A stretch of 64,000 nucleotides of DNA from Octopus sinensis (taxonomy: Eukaryota), in contig NC_043002.1 in the NCBI RefSeq assembly GCF_006345805.1, forward strand, positions 91,326,001 through 91,390,000, written 5' to 3'. This document shows positions 62,932 through 64,000 of the stretch, piece by piece. The position numbers and the translations under genes were made by a program. Below the pieces are notes generated by a model. The model had not been told where the DNA came from, did not search any database, and worked only from the letters and a program-made list of their open reading frames with translations. The number at the start of each line of letters is the position of its first letter. The first letter of the stretch is position 1.

Positions 62932-64000
62932 GCGTGTGTTGTATTTGTATATATATATGTGTGTGTGTCTGTGTGTATGTGTGTGTATAGGTAGATATGA
63001 TATTTGCTAGAAGCATTACAATACGTCAAATAGAAATAAATATTTGAACAAACCTTTGGGCAATGCAGTTGAGGAAATGGGTAAAATATGTAATACGTAA
63101 GATACGAAATATAACAGGTTTACTAAACAATCTACGTAAAGTAATACAATATCTTAATTCATTTTTCACTCATTGACATTATATTACATATTTTACCTAA
63201 CGCTTTTCATGTTTTGCTCAGAGGATTTTTCCAAACAATAATATATGTATCTGTATGTATGCATCAGTGTGTGTGTACGTGTGTGAAGCGTGTGTGTATA
63301 TGTGTACTTATTTCTGTGAGTGTGCTTCCATGTATTTATATGTATATATATATATATATATATATGTGCGTAAGCCATTATAAGCATACATATATACATA
63401 CATATATGTATCTGCGGCTGTTTATGTGTGTGCTTATGAGTTTGTGTTTATGTGTAAATATATGTGTGCATCTGTTTGTTTGTGTGTCTGTGTCTGTGTG
63501 TGTCTGTGTCTGTGTGTGTCTGTGTGTATCTGTGTTTGTGTGTGTGTTTGTATGTGTGTCTGTGTGTGCGTGATGCGTGTATGTAATAAGCATTGGTAAG
63601 TTATTGCTATATGTTGACCATTCCTATTGGGCAAAAAATGAGGTGGGTGCACAGTTCAGTGGTTCCTTGAGAGGCTATAAAAAAAAAGCTAAAGTTGCTG
63701 GCCTTGCGAACTTCTTCATATTTGTAGCCTGAGGATACAATCATCCACTCAGGTTTCTTGCTTGAATATACTTCCACTTTAACTGTGTCTTAAAATACGA
63801 AAGGCCACATAATTGATGAATTCAGAAAGAGCCTCATAGGCGTATTCCAGAAGTTTAGTTTTATTATAACATTCGGCAATAAACTGACACAAATTTCGTA
63901 TACATTGCACCAGATCTTATGACAAGGAAACACTGTCACTACTAGAAGATAATAAAAGAGACTGTGTATTTAATGTAAGAACTTGAATCACCTTCATCTA

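Overview
This is AT-rich eukaryotic DNA made almost entirely of interspersed repeats and microsatellites. The SINE repertoire looks like that of an octopus (inference from the repeat families, not a database hit). I recognise no host protein-coding exon, and nearly all listed ORFs are microsatellite artefacts. Recognisable protein homology is all transposon-derived: (1) a near full-length but disabled R4/Dong-clade non-LTR retrotransposon (6680-10727, minus) inserted in a (TAA)n tract; (2) fragments of a second R4-like lineage associated with (TACA)n; (3) two RTE 3' remnants; (4) a probable Penelope RT remnant; (5) two mariner remnants and one maT/Tc1-like remnant. Several tRNA-derived SINE families (about 40 copies) and several MITE families are also present. 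The most notable observation is a set of at least four distinct short repeat families carrying minimal type-I hammerhead ribozyme motifs of the Penelope-associated kind, including core variants (U3:A8, A6U, U4C). One family joins a tRNA-like Pol III head to the hammerhead, forms a head-to-head palindrome, and had its internal (TAA)n tract used as the landing site of the Dong element. All structures were assigned by eye and coordinates of degenerate repeats are approximate.
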